DNA of 64,000 nt from Dictyostelium discoideum (taxonomy: Eukaryota), in the NCBI GenBank assembly GCA_000004695.1, contig CM000154.2:3648001-3712000 (forward strand), written 5' to 3'. The translations under genes and the position numbers were made by a program. The notes beneath the pieces are model-generated. The model did no database searches. It was not told the DNA's origin and saw only the letters and a list, made by a program, of their open reading frames with translations. This document shows positions 10,970 through 27,075 of this stretch, piece by piece. Each line of letters starts with the position of its first letter. Position 1 is the stretch's first letter.

Positions 10970-11722
10970 AATTTATTATTCTTTTTTCCTCAATCTATCT
11001 TATTTTTGTTCTCTGAGAAAATTTTCTATCGATTCACGCAAGTTTCATCGATTTTGGATGTCATTTGAGCAATTATCACAAACAATTTTTTTTTTTTTTT
11101 TTAAAATTTTTTTTTTTTTTTTCCAAATAATATTACTTTAAAAACAATCTAAATTCACAAAACAGATACAAATATTCCAAAGAAGGGATTTCAATCGACA
11201 CAATTAAAGGTTATATTTACAGTTAAATAATCAAAACATTCTCCAAATATACAAAAGGTAATGTTTAAATTTTACTCCATATGTTTAATATTAAACTAAT
11301 TAAAAATACACTGGAAAAAAACCTAAACTGGATTTAATTTATTATTTGATTTAATTTTAATACAAATATATTTAAATGGAACATGTTTATTCTATCAGAT
11401 TAAAAAATATTTATTTTTGCTTGTAAAAAATTAGAAGATTGTAGTACTTTATCAGATTATAAAAAATAATTCACACTCTATTAATTTTTAAATTTAAAAC
11501 TCTTACTCCTAATACAAAATGAAGCTAAATATCTTATGTTTTTTATTAATTTTCTTTAAATCTTTCAAATCAAACTAACCAAAATTTTTTAAAAAAAAAC
11601 GTTTTATTTATATTTAATTTTTTTATAATTGCGTTATCCAATTCAAAAAAAAATTTATTTTTAATTTTTTAATATGAAACAATAACAGACTCTAAAACGG
11701 AACTTGATCCTTCAATAGTTCA

Positions 11723-12041
11723 AGAAGTTCTTGCAATTTTATTAAGTGCCAAACCATTTGATTGTAAAACTAATGCATTAGAACCTCTATATGATAGGGA
11801 GATACCGTATCCTTTAAACCATTTACGAAAATCTTGACTCATATTTAGATATGAATCATCTAAAGAAACTATTGCAATTACAGTTTTTACGTGATTTAAT
11901 CTCTCCGACGAAACTAATAAAACCAAGTGAAGTGTCTTTAACACCAGGTAAATCTTCCATATATGTATCGCATTTTAACATTTTTACAACACTTGGATTT
12001 GATGGATCAAATGCAAATGCATTTATTCCACCACCATTCAA
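11723..12041 (-). pseudogene. Truncated and frameshifted gene fragment of unknown family between the two tRNA-Val units
   Basis: Minus ORF 11856..12041 (MNGGGINAFAFDPSNPSVVKMLKCDTYMEDLPGVKDTSLGFISFVGEIKSR...) continues in another frame as ORF 11720..11944 (..TVIAIVSLDDSYLNMSQDFRKWFKGYGISLSYRGSNALVLQSNGLALNKIARTS*). The only GT..AG pair at the switch would make a ~22-nt intron, which is too short for a real one. The 5' side starts abruptly at the repeat-unit boundary. Confidence 0.3.
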
Positions 12042-12049
12042 TATATATG

Positions 12050-12486
12050 AAAGTAAATGTAACGAAAGTGGTAAATTGATCTGTAATTATTTATTTAGGA
12101 ATTTAAATTCTCTTGATATTAAAATTTAAATATATTTTTATTTAATACTTTTTTAGGCATATAATTTCTTTATTATTATTAATGTAAGGGATAATGCACC
12201 CAGAAGACTGAAGTGGGTACTGAGAATCGAACTTACGACCTTAAAGAAGCGATTCTGGCAAACCATTAAAATTCGATAGTTAATATGGTCGGATGGTGTA
12301 GTCGGTTATCACGGTTGCTTTACACGCAACAGGTCTCGAGTTCGATCCTCGGTCGGATCATATCTTTTTATTTAATTTTCTTTTTTTAAATCTATCTTAT
12401 TTTTGTTCTCTGAGAAATTTGCTATTGATTCATGCAAGTTTCACCTATTTTTATTTTGGTTTGAGCATCTATATATATATTTTTTT

Positions 12487-12520
<34 letters not shown>

Positions 12521-12660
12521 CAAAAAAAGGCTCTCAAGCCAGGTGAAAAACAGTAAAGTAATTCACAAAACAAATACCAACATTTCATAAAAGGAATTTC
12601 AAAAATGATAAGATGTTTATATTTCATGCCATATGTTTACCATTAAATTTTTAACACCAG
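12050..12660 (+). repeat. Unit 2 of the tRNA-Val direct repeat
   Basis: See unit 1. The units are spaced 1400 bp apart. Confidence 0.8.
12287..12360 (+). tRNA. tRNA-Val (anticodon UAC), copy 2 (identical to copy 1)
   Basis: Same 74-nt sequence as 10887..10960. A T5 run follows at 12365-12369. Confidence 0.75.
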
Positions 12661-12840
12661 CACCCCAGTAATAGAATGGATATAAACATATTTATAACTA
12701 AAAATTAAAAAAAAAAAAAAAAAAAAAAAACATAAATTATAATGATAATATAAAACAATAATAATATTTATAATAATAATAGTAATAATTGTAATAAAAA
12801 TAATAATAATAATTTTTTTAAAATTTTAATTTTATTTTAA

Positions 12841-14716
12841 TTAATTATAATATAAACTTTCACCAGTGTTAACTAAATAATAAACATTATTATGCATAAG
12901 TACAAATGTTATTGGAATAATAAATGCATTAAAATTTGAAAACATTAATAAATTTGTATTTTTTCTAAATATTTGAATTGGATGATTAAGTAAAGAAATA
13001 TCGTATTTAACTTGAAAGAGATAACGAATAACTAAAAATATCATATAACTTAGGAAACTTGAAAAGAATGCATAAATCACATCCAACATAAATGCTTCAA
13101 TCGAAATATCAAATGGATAAAATTTTGCATTATATGAAAACCTCAAACAAACTGCAAATAAAATATAAATTAATGGTACAGAACAATAACTATATTTAAA
13201 TACAAAAAAATTAATAATAAAAAAAGTTTGAATTAATATATTTATATTTATATTATATATTTTTTGTTTTTATAATTATTTACCTTATAAATGTATATAA
13301 AACTCTATCAACAACTCTAGTCATATGTTCATTTCTTTCCATTTCAATTGGGAAAAGTTGACCTAAAATTGTATAATATGGTTTTTCAAAACTATTTACA
13401 GTTGAAATCCAACTATTTTGTCTAGTTCTATCATGATGATCTTTAACTTGAGTTCTTAGATTCCAATATTTATCTGAAAGGAAGAAAAGATAACGAAACA
13501 TTACAACCACTCTTAAGAGTATTAAAACTAGGAAATTGATTTTTGTAAATCTACTAAATGCCCAACAAAATGTCATTTCCGAGATTGATTCAGTCCAATA
13601 GGTGATAATATTATGTTGATTTACTGGACAATATTTACGAGTGATCCAAAGTAATGCTTGATTACACATAAACACTTTGAAAAAGAATACTAACATCACC
13701 AAAGTTTGAGCTTCAATTAATGAAAAGAATATTACAAATGTAACACATAGGAATATAGTTGCAATTACAATCACCATAAATAACATGAAATGTAAGAAAT
13801 CAATAAAGAATCCCCAATTGAATCTTTCCGCTGATTTTAAATATAATAATGCCGGTAGGACTGATGCACTCATACCATAGGAAACTCCAATTACTACTGG
13901 TGGTGGATAACTTTCACTATATTGCGTTATACATGAAAATGTTACACTAACCAACAAGATATGAATTGCCATTGGTAATAACCAACTTTTAATACCTTTA
14001 CAAAATATTTGAGCCCATCCAACAATAAAAAATGAAATAAAACATGTTATAACAGGTATATACATTATTGTATATTCCCAACCCAATAGAAATCCACCAT
14101 ATGGTTTTGATAATGGTAAGAGTACACTAAAAAACACAGCAATCATTGGAAACACTAACATTCTTAAAATAAATGTAAAATTCTCTGAAATTTGTGCGAA
14201 TTTACTATACTTTAAATTACTTAAATTTCCACCTGCAGCAGTTGGATTACCCATACCATTAATTACAAATATTTTATCTGTTTGGTAATATGGTTGAACA
14301 AAATTATTTGGATATGCATTAACTGAATATGATGGTTTTATATTTGCTCCATTTGGTTCACTATCACTCTCTAATGAATTAATTTGATTATTATTACCAC
14401 TATTACTATTATTATTATTGTTATTATTGTTATTATTACCTGGTGTTGATCCTGTTGGTGTTGGATAGCTTAATCCAATTGGGATCTCTTGAAAATATCC
14501 ATTATGATTTGAATCTTGTTGATCATAACTATTCCCATACATTTTTGTTAAATCTTGATTATTATTATTATTATTAATATTATTATTATTATTAAAAAAA
14601 TTATTATTATTTATATTTTGATTATTTGATAAAGTTTTAATTATAGAATTATGTGAACGTGATTGTGAATATGATAATTTTGAAATTGGTATTTTGTTTA
14701 ATTCATTCAATTCCAT
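12841..14716 (-). CDS. Multi-pass (about 10 TM) membrane protein with Asn-rich N-terminal region, complement(join(12841..13189,13284..14716))
   Basis: The 478-aa minus ORF has many hydrophobic helices (..AVFFSVLLPLSKPYGGFLLGWEYTIMYIPVITCFISFFIVGWAQIF..). It ends at AG|GTAAAT (donor GT 13283-13282, phase 2). A ~94-nt AT-rich intron follows, then acceptor TTTAAATATAG (AG 13191-13190). The join is in frame (..YTFI-S-YCSVPLIYILFAVCLRFSYNAKFYPF..) with the hydrophobic ORF 12841..13146. The family was not recognised. Note the track's ORF 12841..13146 starts at a TTG, not an ATG. Confidence 0.55.
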
Positions 14717-14859
14717 AAAATTTTTTTTTTTTTTTTTTATATATTATTTTGATTAAAAAAAAAAAAATAAAAAAATAAAAAAAAAATAATAAAAAAAAAA
14801 AAAAAAGATTAATAAAAAAAATAATTAACTGTTTATTATTTGTTTTAAATTAGGAAACG

Positions 14860-14904
<45 letters not shown>

Positions 14905-16674
14905 CAAAAAAAAAAATAAAATAAAATAAAACAAAAATAAATAAAATAGTAGCAAAAATAAATAAATAAAATTGATTGATTGTTTTTTGTTTTTTTTATA
15001 ATATTGTTATTATATATTATTTTTAAAATTAATAATAAATATTTTTTTTTTTTTAGTAATAATAATAGTAAATGTAATTTTTATAAAAAAAAAATATATT
15101 AAAAATATAAAAAAAAAAAAAAACTTTTTGGTAATTACTAATTATTTGAATAAATGAAATTGTTATTTGGCACAAACAAAAAAAAAAAAAAAAAAAAAAA
15201 ATTTAAATGATTAAAAGTACTAACCACTCAAAAATACGATTTTTTTATTTTATTTTTTTGATTTATATTTTTATTTAAAAAAAAATAGATAAAAATAAAA
15301 AATTAACAAATAAATATCCCACACTATACCTTTTTGGTTTTAAAAGAAAAAAAAAAAAAAAGAAAAAAAAAGATCAAAACAATTTTTATTTTTTTTAATT
15401 AATTTTGTTTTTTTATGATGTAGTTAGTGTTTACAAGATGAAAATTTCTTTTATTATTAAGAGAGAGATTAAAATTTTATTATTGTTATTTAAAAAATAT
15501 TTAGTGGGAAAATTGAGTGGGTCAAAAAATTTTTAATTTAATTTTTTAACATTTTTATGGTCCAAATTTTTCAAATTTTCTGTTAAGGGATCAAGCCCAC
15601 ACTAAAAATGATGAGCAAACTAGATTATTGAAAATACAAAAAGTTAAATGTAAAAATTTAAAAATCCTACATATCAAATATATATTTTTTATTTTTGTAT
15701 TTTTTTTTAGAAAACTATTGGCCTTTTTTTTTATATTGATATATACAGTTTTTGTTTATAAAAATATATGAAAATAGTTTTAAATTAATAAAGATGGTTT
15801 TATTTTAAAATTAAAAAAAAAAAAATTTAAATAAATTAAAATTAATACTTGTTACAAAAAAAATTTGTAAGTATAAAAAAAACAAACCCTCTGTTGAGAT
15901 TGTAAAAAAAAAAAAAAAAAAAATTATATTTAAAATTATTACATTTAGGATATGATATGCCTAATTCCAAAAAAAAAAAAACACTTTCATAATTTTATTT
16001 TAGTTTAAATAATATTATTTAACTAAACTAAAAAACCAAAATAATTTAAATTAAAATTATATATAAAAAAAAAAAAAAAATTTCTATTTATAGTAAATTA
16101 AAAATAATATTTTTTTTTTTTTTTTAGTACATCAATTGCAGAAGAATTAATAATTTTAATAGAAATATTTGGGAATGAATTTTTATACAATAATAAATAA
16201 AAAATGAAAACAATCCATCTAAAAAGAAAATAAAATTTTTTTAAAACAGATAAATGATGCAGATTAGCTGACCAAATTAAAAAAAAAAAAAAAAAAAAAT
16301 AATTAAAAAAAATGATTTTAATTTTTTTTTTTTTTAAAATTAATTAATATTCATTTTTTTTTTTCATTTTAATTTTCATTTTATTTTTCATTTTTTTTTT
16401 TTTTTTTCAAACAATAATTTAAATTTATTAATTCTTAAAATTAATTAAGTATAGATAAATAGAGCACACAAAAATACACAAAATGATATAAAAATTAAAA
16501 AAAATGAATGTGATCATTCTATTTTTTGAATTTTTTATTTTATTTTTTAAATCAAAAATTTTATTTTTTTGGGTGTCCAATTTGAATGTTTTTATCAATT
16601 TTTTATTATGATTATTTTTTTTTTATTTTTTTTTTTTTATTTTTTATTTTTCAAACCAAAACCCAACACATAAA

Positions 16675-19617
<2,943 letters not shown>

Positions 19618-19945
19618 AAACATTTAAAATAAAAATCCTTGTGGACATATTTTTGAGTAAATTTTAACATATAATATTTTATTTTATTTTATTTTGTTTT
19701 TTTTGTTCCAATATTGATACTAAAGGTAGTAAATAATTAATGCCACATAAGAATTTTAAGGATATGAAGTGGTGATATTACAAAAAAGAATTTTTTTTAT
19801 TTTTATTTTTATTTTTTTTAAAATTTTAAGTTATCAAAATAACACCTATTTTTATTTTTTTTTTTTTTTTTTTTATTTTTTTTTAAAATTAAATTATCAA
19901 ATTTTTTTTTTTTTTTTTTAAACTCAAAACAAAATAGCACACAAA

Positions 19946-20723
19946 ATGAAAGAAAGTGAAGATATAATTATAAATAATCAAAATAGGTGTACACTTCATC
20001 CAAATAAAAATTTAGAATTTTTATGTTTGAATTGTAAATTTATGCCATGTTGCAGTCTTTGTACGTCTCGTAAAGGTGAACATCATGGTCATAAAACTGA
20101 TTCATTTGAATCATCAGCATCAAATATTCATTTATTAATTAATGAATTTAAAGATAATATCTATCCAAAATTAATTGAAAGAAAAGAAAATGATCAAATA
20201 TTATTAAAAGAATCAAATGAAACTTTCAAAGAAATTCAATCACAAAATGATAATAATAATAATTTATTAAAAAATGAATTTAAACAAATTCACAATATAC
20301 TTTCATTTGTTGAATTCGATATCGAAAAACAACTATCAAAAAACTTAGATCAAAATATATTGATAAATACAATTATAACTTCTTCAATCGACAATGATAA
20401 TAAAATCATTTCAACAATTTTAAATAATAATAATAATTCAATTATTGATAAATTAAATTATTTTACACAAATTAATAATCAACAAGATAATGACGACAAT
20501 GATGATTACTATCAAATTGATACAGATACTATTGAATTAATTAAACAATATCAAAACTCATTATTAATATTAAAAAATAGCAATAATATCAATAATTTAA
20601 CAAAACTAAAAGAATATAATAATCAAATCTTAAAATTCGATAATCAAACAATTAATAATATTAAAAATAGTTTTAAATCGATATACTCTTTTGGTGATAT
20701 TCCTAATGATGCTATTGATTATA

Positions 20724-20780
<57 letters not shown>

Positions 20781-22241
20781 TAAATAACTCAAATAATAAA
20801 AATGAATTCATTAAAAGTAAGTTAGACTCAAATTAATAAGTCTAATAAAACAAAAAATACTAATTCTTTGTTTATAGTATTGAATCACAATTTTTATATA
20901 TATTCAGAGAGTGATGAATCATCCTTTTTGACTGATGATTTTGAAAGTTTAGCATTCAAAGACAATTGTAACATTTTATCAAAACTAAAGAAATTACCAA
21001 ACAACGTTTTGCTTCTAAGTGGATTCAATCAAAAATTAACCAAAGGTATAATACCAGAAGGTGTTAAAGAGTTGTATATAAGAGATATAAAACAAGATTT
21101 AATAATTGATTCAATTCCTAATACTGTAACAACTGTTATTTTATGTGATGGATTCAATCAAAAATTAACCAAAGGTATAATACCAGAAGGTGTTAAAGTG
21201 TTGTATATAGGTGATATAAAACAAGAATTAATAATTGATTCAATTCCTAATACTGTAACAACTGTTACTTTATGTAATGGATTCAATCAAAAATTAACCA
21301 AAGGTATAATACCAGAAGGTGTTAAAGAGTTGTATATAAGAGATATAAAACAAGATTTAATAATTGATTCAATTCCTAATACTGTAACATCTGTTAGTTT
21401 ATGTTATGGATTCAATCAAAAATTAACCAAAGGTATAATACCAGAAGGGGTTAAAGTGTTGCGTTTGGGTGATACAAAAAAAGAATTAATAATCGATTCA
21501 ATTCCTTATACTGTAAAAACTCTTACTTTGTGTGATGGATTCAATCAAAAATTAACCAAAGGTATAATACCAGAAGGTGTTAAAGAGTTGTATATAAGAG
21601 ATATAAAACAAGAATTATTAATTGATTCAATTCCTAATACTGTAACAACTGTTATTTTATGTGATGTATTCAATCAAAAATTAACCAAAGGTATAATACC
21701 AGAAGGTGTTAAAGAGTTGCGTTTGGGTAATACAAAACAAGAATCAATAATTGATTCAATTCCTAATACTGTAACAACTATTACTTTATGTGATGGATTC
21801 AATCAAAAATTAACCAAAGGTATAATACCAGAAGGTGTTAAAGAGTTACATATAGGTAATATAAAACAAGAACTAATAATTAATTCAATTCCTAATACTG
21901 TAACAACTGTTACTTTTTTTCAAGGATTCAATCAAAAATTAACCAAAGGTATAATACCAGAAGGGGTTAAAGTGTTGCGTTTGGGTAATACAAAACAAGA
22001 ATTAATAATCGATTCAATTCCTAATACTGTAACAACTGTTATTTTATGTGATGGATTCAATCAAAAATTAACCAAAGGTATAATACCAGAATGGGTTAAA
22101 GAGTTACATATATTTGATATAAAACAAGAATTAATTATTGATTCAATTCCTAATACATTAAATAATGTCTATATTTATAAAAGTTGTAAAAAATTAATTG
22201 ATTCTTTCGTCCCTGTAAATGTCAAAATAGTAAACATTTAA
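19946..22241 (+). CDS. B-box zinc finger + FNIP-repeat protein, member 2, apparently intact: join(19946..20816,20878..22241)
   Basis: Exon 1: B-box [37 protein letters not shown], then a coiled-coil region and polyN; donor GTAAGT 20817-20822 (phase 1). Acceptor TTTATAG at 20877. Exon 2 holds 10 tandem ~40-aa double FNIP repeats ([43 protein letters not shown]) and ends ..[23 protein letters not shown]. Confidence 0.8.
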
Positions 22242-22921
22242 AATAAAAATCCTTGTGATGACATTTTTGACTAAATTTTAACACCTCCATAATTATTTTA
22301 TTCTATTTTATAATATTTTATTTTATTTATTTTTTTTTTTTTTTCTTCTAATATTGATATTAGAGGTAGTAAATGACTATTTTAATTTTATACAGCCGCC
22401 ATCACTCAGTTTAAATTTGAGATTTTACTGCTGATTTGTAATTCCATCTTCCCACCATTTTTTTTTGCCAAGTAAGTAAATTTTCATTATTTGATTGTAA
22501 ACTAATTATTAACTACCAATTAAAATTCGTTAAACAAAAATAAAAGATTTTTTTTTTTATTTTTTTATTTTTTTTTTTTTCTAATTGATATTCTCTTTTT
22601 TTATTATATGTTAACTTTAATTTATATAAAAAAAAAAATATAAAAAAATTTAGGTGAAAAAATAATATGGCTTTTTTAGCACAACAATGAACATAAATTT
22701 AGTTAGTAAAAATCCTGACAGATTAATATTGCCATTATGTTAAGGTATGATATTATATGACAATTAAATAAAAATAGCTTTAATATTAATTAATTTCTTT
22801 TTTAAAAATTTAATAGACGTCAATTGATTTTCAAGACCAGAGAAATCCAATGTAAAAATTGTTAGCTCTTAAGATGATTCCAATCGAAAATAATTCCATA
22901 AAGCGTTAATCAAGTTAAATA

Positions 22922-22922
22922 A

Positions 22923-22983
<61 letters not shown>
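22922..22983. repeat. (AAT)n microsatellite, about 21 units, intergenic
   Basis: Uninterrupted aataataat... run. A 20-bp perfect hairpin follows immediately at 22987-23049. Confidence 0.9.
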
Positions 22984-22986
<3 letters not shown>

Positions 22987-23164
22987 TGAGCCATATTAAT
23001 TTCATCATGCATATACCACCTGTTTTTGGGATGAAATTAATATGGCTCAGAATCGTGAAAAAAAAAAAATTCAATAATCATCAAATATAAAATCAAGGAA
23101 TTAATAATAATAAAAAATTCATGAGATTAATAAGAATAATAATAATAAATAAAATTGATGTAAC

Positions 23165-23227
<63 letters not shown>

Positions 23228-23707
23228 TTTTATTTTTAAGTTGTAAAATTTATAATATATTATATTATATTATATAATTGAATATAAATTAAACCCTCTT
23301 TTGAAAGATTGTGGAAAAAAAAAAAAAATTTTAAGATTATTTCATTTAGTTATCCCTTTTTCCCACCAAAAAACCCTCACATAATTTTTTTTATTTAATT
23401 TGGGTTGTATTATTTAAAAAAAAAAAAAAATTATTTAAAATAAAAAAAAAAATTATTTAAAATAAAAAAAAAAATTGTAAATTAAAAAATATGAAAAAAA
23501 AAAAATAAAAAAAAAACAATTATTTTTACCCCATTTTTTTTTAAGATATTTTGATTTTTTGATTTTTTTTCAATTAGATATTTTTTTTTTAATTTTCATT
23601 TTTTTATAATTTTTTTTTAAAATTTTAAAAATAATAATATTAACAAACTAAAATAGTATTAATAAAGGTTATACATTGTAATAAAAAAATAAAATAAAAA
23701 AATTAAA

Positions 23708-25351
23708 ATGACCATAATAATAACTAAAATAGCAGATAAAATTATTAAATCAAATCGTGTAAAAAATACCTTACAAGATATACATATTCATTCATCGAAC
23801 TGTGGCTGTCATGGATCATTTAAATCAAATTCAGTAATGAATCAAACTTTTTCATCATTTTCATCATTAACAACTGAAAAGAATGAACAACAACAACAAC
23901 AACTTTTTAAACAATTTTCAAATTCTAAACCAATTCCAATGGGTAGAAAAGTTGAATTAGATACAAGTAAAGTTATAGATAGTGTTTATTTTGGTAATAC
24001 AGAAAATAATAATTATAGAACAAATAAAGGAAATACAGATTATGCATTTGAAGCAAGTGCAAATAACATAAGATTTGGTTCAGGTGTAACATATGAAGTT
24101 GGATATGACCTTTTGGATATGAATTGTAGAAATGTAATTGTTTTCACTGATAATAATTTATTGAAGTTGGTAGATACTGATAAAGAAAGTGCAGTTGCAA
24201 AATGTTTATACTCTTTAGAAAAATGTGGAATAAAATATACTATATACAGTGACGTTTCAATTGAACCAACCGATACATCATTTAAAGATGCAATTTCAGT
24301 AATGGGTAAAGGTAGATACGATGGTGTTGTTGCTGTTGGTGGTGGATCAGTAATGGATACTGCCAAAGCTGCAAATCTTTATAATAGTTATCCACCTGCT
24401 GATAATGATTTTTTAGCATACATTAATCCACCAATTGGAAAAGGCTTACTTGTTCCAGGTCCATTAAAAAGACCATTGATTGCTATTCCCACCACATGTG
24501 GTACTGCTTCTGAAACAACCGGTGTTTGTATATTGGATATTAAATTGGGTGATGGTTTATCTGCAAAAACTGGTATTGCAAGTCGTCATTTAAAACCAAT
24601 ATTGGGTTTAGTAGATCCTGATAACTTGTTAACATTGCCATCCAATGTTGCAATTTCATCTGGTTTCGATCAATTGTGTCATGCATTAGAATCGTTTACT
24701 GCAATTCCATTCAATCAAAGATCACCACGTCCTCTTGCTCCAAATCAAAGACCATCGTATCAAGGCGCAAATCCAGTTTCTGATGTATGGTCATTAAGAT
24801 CTTTGGAAATGCTTTGTAAGAATATTCATAGATTTGTATTGAATCCAAATGATGACTATGCTCGTTCTCAAATGATGTTGGCTGCTTCATATGCCGGACT
24901 TGGCTTTGGAAATTCAGGAGTTCATGCTTGCCATGGTATGAGTTATAGTATAAGTTCAATGGTTAAAGATTATAAACCTGAAGGTTATTATGGTTTAAAA
25001 AAAAATTTAATCCCTCATGGACAATCTGTTATTCTTTCAGCACCTGCAGTCTTTAAATTTACAGCTCCTTCTAATCCTGAACGTCATTTACTATTAGCAA
25101 AGATAATGGGTGCTGATATCTCAAATGCTTCTGAATCGGATGCAGGTGTATTATTATCCAATCAAATAGTAAAACTCATGAAGTTATTAAACGTCCCAAA
25201 TGGTTTACAAGCATTGGGTTATAAAGAATCTGACATTGATAGTCTTGTAAAAGGAACACTTCCTCAACATAGAGTTACAAAATTAATGCCAAAGCAAGCT
25301 ACATATGATGATCTTTATAAATTATTTAAAGATTCTATGACAATTTATTAA
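23708..25351 (+). CDS. Hydroxyacid-oxoacid transhydrogenase / iron-containing alcohol dehydrogenase (ADHFE1 family), single exon
   Basis: 547-aa ORF; YAFEASANNIRFGSGVTYEVGYDL..VAVGGGSVMDTAKAANLY..IAIPTTCGTASETTGV..GLVDPDNLLTLPSNVAISSGFDQLCHALESFT..GFGNSGVHACHGMSYSISSMV..LIPHGQSVILSAPAVFKFTA..VKGTLPQHRVTKLMP. Colinear with human ADHFE1, including the N-terminal presequence-like region. Confidence 0.9.
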   Translation: MTIIITKIADKIIKSNRVKNTLQDIHIHSSNCGCHGSFKSNSVMNQTFSSFSSLTTEKNEQQQQQLFKQFSNSKPIPMGRKVELDTSKVIDSVYFGNTENNNYRTNKGNTDYAFEASANNIRFGSGVTYEVGYDLLDMNCRNVIVFTDNNLLKLVDTDKESAVAKCLYSLEKCGIKYTIYSDVSIEPTDTSFKDAISVMGKGRYDGVVAVGGGSVMDTAKAANLYNSYPPADNDFLAYINPPIGKGLLVPGPLKRPLIAIPTTCGTASETTGVCILDIKLGDGLSAKTGIASRHLKPILGLVDPDNLLTLPSNVAISSGFDQLCHALESFTAIPFNQRSPRPLAPNQRPSYQGANPVSDVWSLRSLEMLCKNIHRFVLNPNDDYARSQMMLAASYAGLGFGNSGVHACHGMSYSISSMVKDYKPEGYYGLKKNLIPHGQSVILSAPAVFKFTAPSNPERHLLLAKIMGADISNASESDAGVLLSNQIVKLMKLLNVPNGLQALGYKESDIDSLVKGTLPQHRVTKLMPKQATYDDLYKLFKDSMTIY

Positions 25352-26895
25352 AAAAATAAAAACTATTTTAAAAGATCAATCTTTCTATTATTAAAACAAC
25401 AATAAAAATATATAATTTATTTCTATTTTTGGGTTTATAATTTGTTTTTTTTTTTTTTTTAAAAATTGTTTTATAAAATAACAATTATTATTTTTTATTG
25501 TTTTTTGTATTTCACCAAAATTATTTTATTTAATCAATTTCTTATATAAATACAAATATGCTGACGGAATGTTTGCAGATGGTTTGTTTATATCCAACTG
25601 ATGGGACACCACCAACTATAATAGTTTGATATTGATTTTCGTTTCTGAATACCTGGAATTGTAAATAATATTCTTGCTTTTGCTACCTTCCTTTTGGTAT
25701 CAAACATGAATCGGGTTGAACTAAACCATTGTCAAGATTAGCAAATTAAAATTATTATTCCATATAGTCGTCATTAAATATTATTTTTTTTTATTATTTT
25801 TTTTTTTTATTAATTTTTTTTTTTTAATATTTTATAAAGTGAAATTAACTAATTAAATTAATTATTTGAAATTAAAAAAAAAAAAAAAAATTTTGCTTTT
25901 TTTTTTTTAACCAATGGCACATTTACCTACCATTAATATTTGTACCAATATGATAAACCTGCTATTGATTTGCTAAAAAGCAATTGTATACGTTTATTAA
26001 TATTATTATTGTTGGTTGTTATTGATTATTTCTATTATTATTATTTTTTTTTTACAACAATATTATTACTATTATTATTATTTTTTTTTTTTTTTTTTCT
26101 TTTTTTTTTCAAAAAATTAATGCACTCATTTAAATAACTCATAAACTAATCTATATAAAACTTTTAATTTGTATTAGTATGGTTTCCTTATTTAATATTT
26201 ATTAGGTTCAAGCCTCCTTTTAAAAATGGGCATTCTTGGTTCCAAATATTTTTATATTGGGCACCAAAAATATTAATATAGTTTTTTACTAGTGTTTGTG
26301 TTTTTTGGTAGAATGGGTGCACATACCTCAAAAACAATTGTAGGATACATTGTTGTGTTTTCAAAAAAACATTTATGTGAGTAAAACATCAAACATCAAC
26401 TTCACTTTCACCATACTTCTTTTTTTTCTTTCACTTTCCATCTTCTATCTTTAATGCATCATTACTGCTAAAATATTATATATAATATACAATTAAAATC
26501 TGATTGGTCTTTATTATAGAAATGGTAGTGAAAATAAAAAAATAAAAAATAAAAAAAAGATAAAAAATCTTTCCAACACAAATTTTTTTTTTTTTTTGGT
26601 CGCTCCCATATAAATTCCAAAACACCTTTTTTTTAACACCTAAATTTTTATTATTCACAAATTTTAAATAGTTTGTCATTATTTTTACCATTAAAAAATC
26701 AATTAAAGTTTTTTTATTTTTATTTTTGTTATTGAGGTAATATCTTTAAAATTCATATCTACATTTATTTTGAATCGTAATAATATTTTGTGGCGATTAA
26801 AATGGAATTAAAAAAAGAAAAAAAATTAAAAAAAAAGAAAAAAATAAAAAAATAAAAAATTCTTATATCTAGATATTTTTTTTAATTTTTTTTTT

Positions 26896-26930
<35 letters not shown>

Positions 26931-27018
26931 TATTTTTTTAAAATATATCACAATTTTATTTTTAATTTTTTTTTTTTTTTTTTTTTTTTATTTTCCAAAT
27001 CAAAACACAACAAAAAAA

Positions 27019-27027
27019 ATGATGGAA

Positions 27028-27075
<48 letters not shown>

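Larger units (their letters stand above)
10654..11300 (+). repeat. Unit 1 of a ~650-bp direct repeat carrying tRNA-Val (unit 2 = 12050..12660)
   Basis: gaaagtaaatgtaacgaaagtgg...ggataat[a/g]cac[t/c]c[g/a]gaagactgaagt[t/g]ggtactgagaatcgaact[c/t]acga[t/c]cttaaa..gcga[a/t]tctg[a/g]caaaccattaaaattc is conserved upstream of both tRNAs. About 300 bp of the 3' flank (..atcttatttttgttctctgagaaa..attcacaaaaca..) is also conserved but more diverged. Confidence 0.8.
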
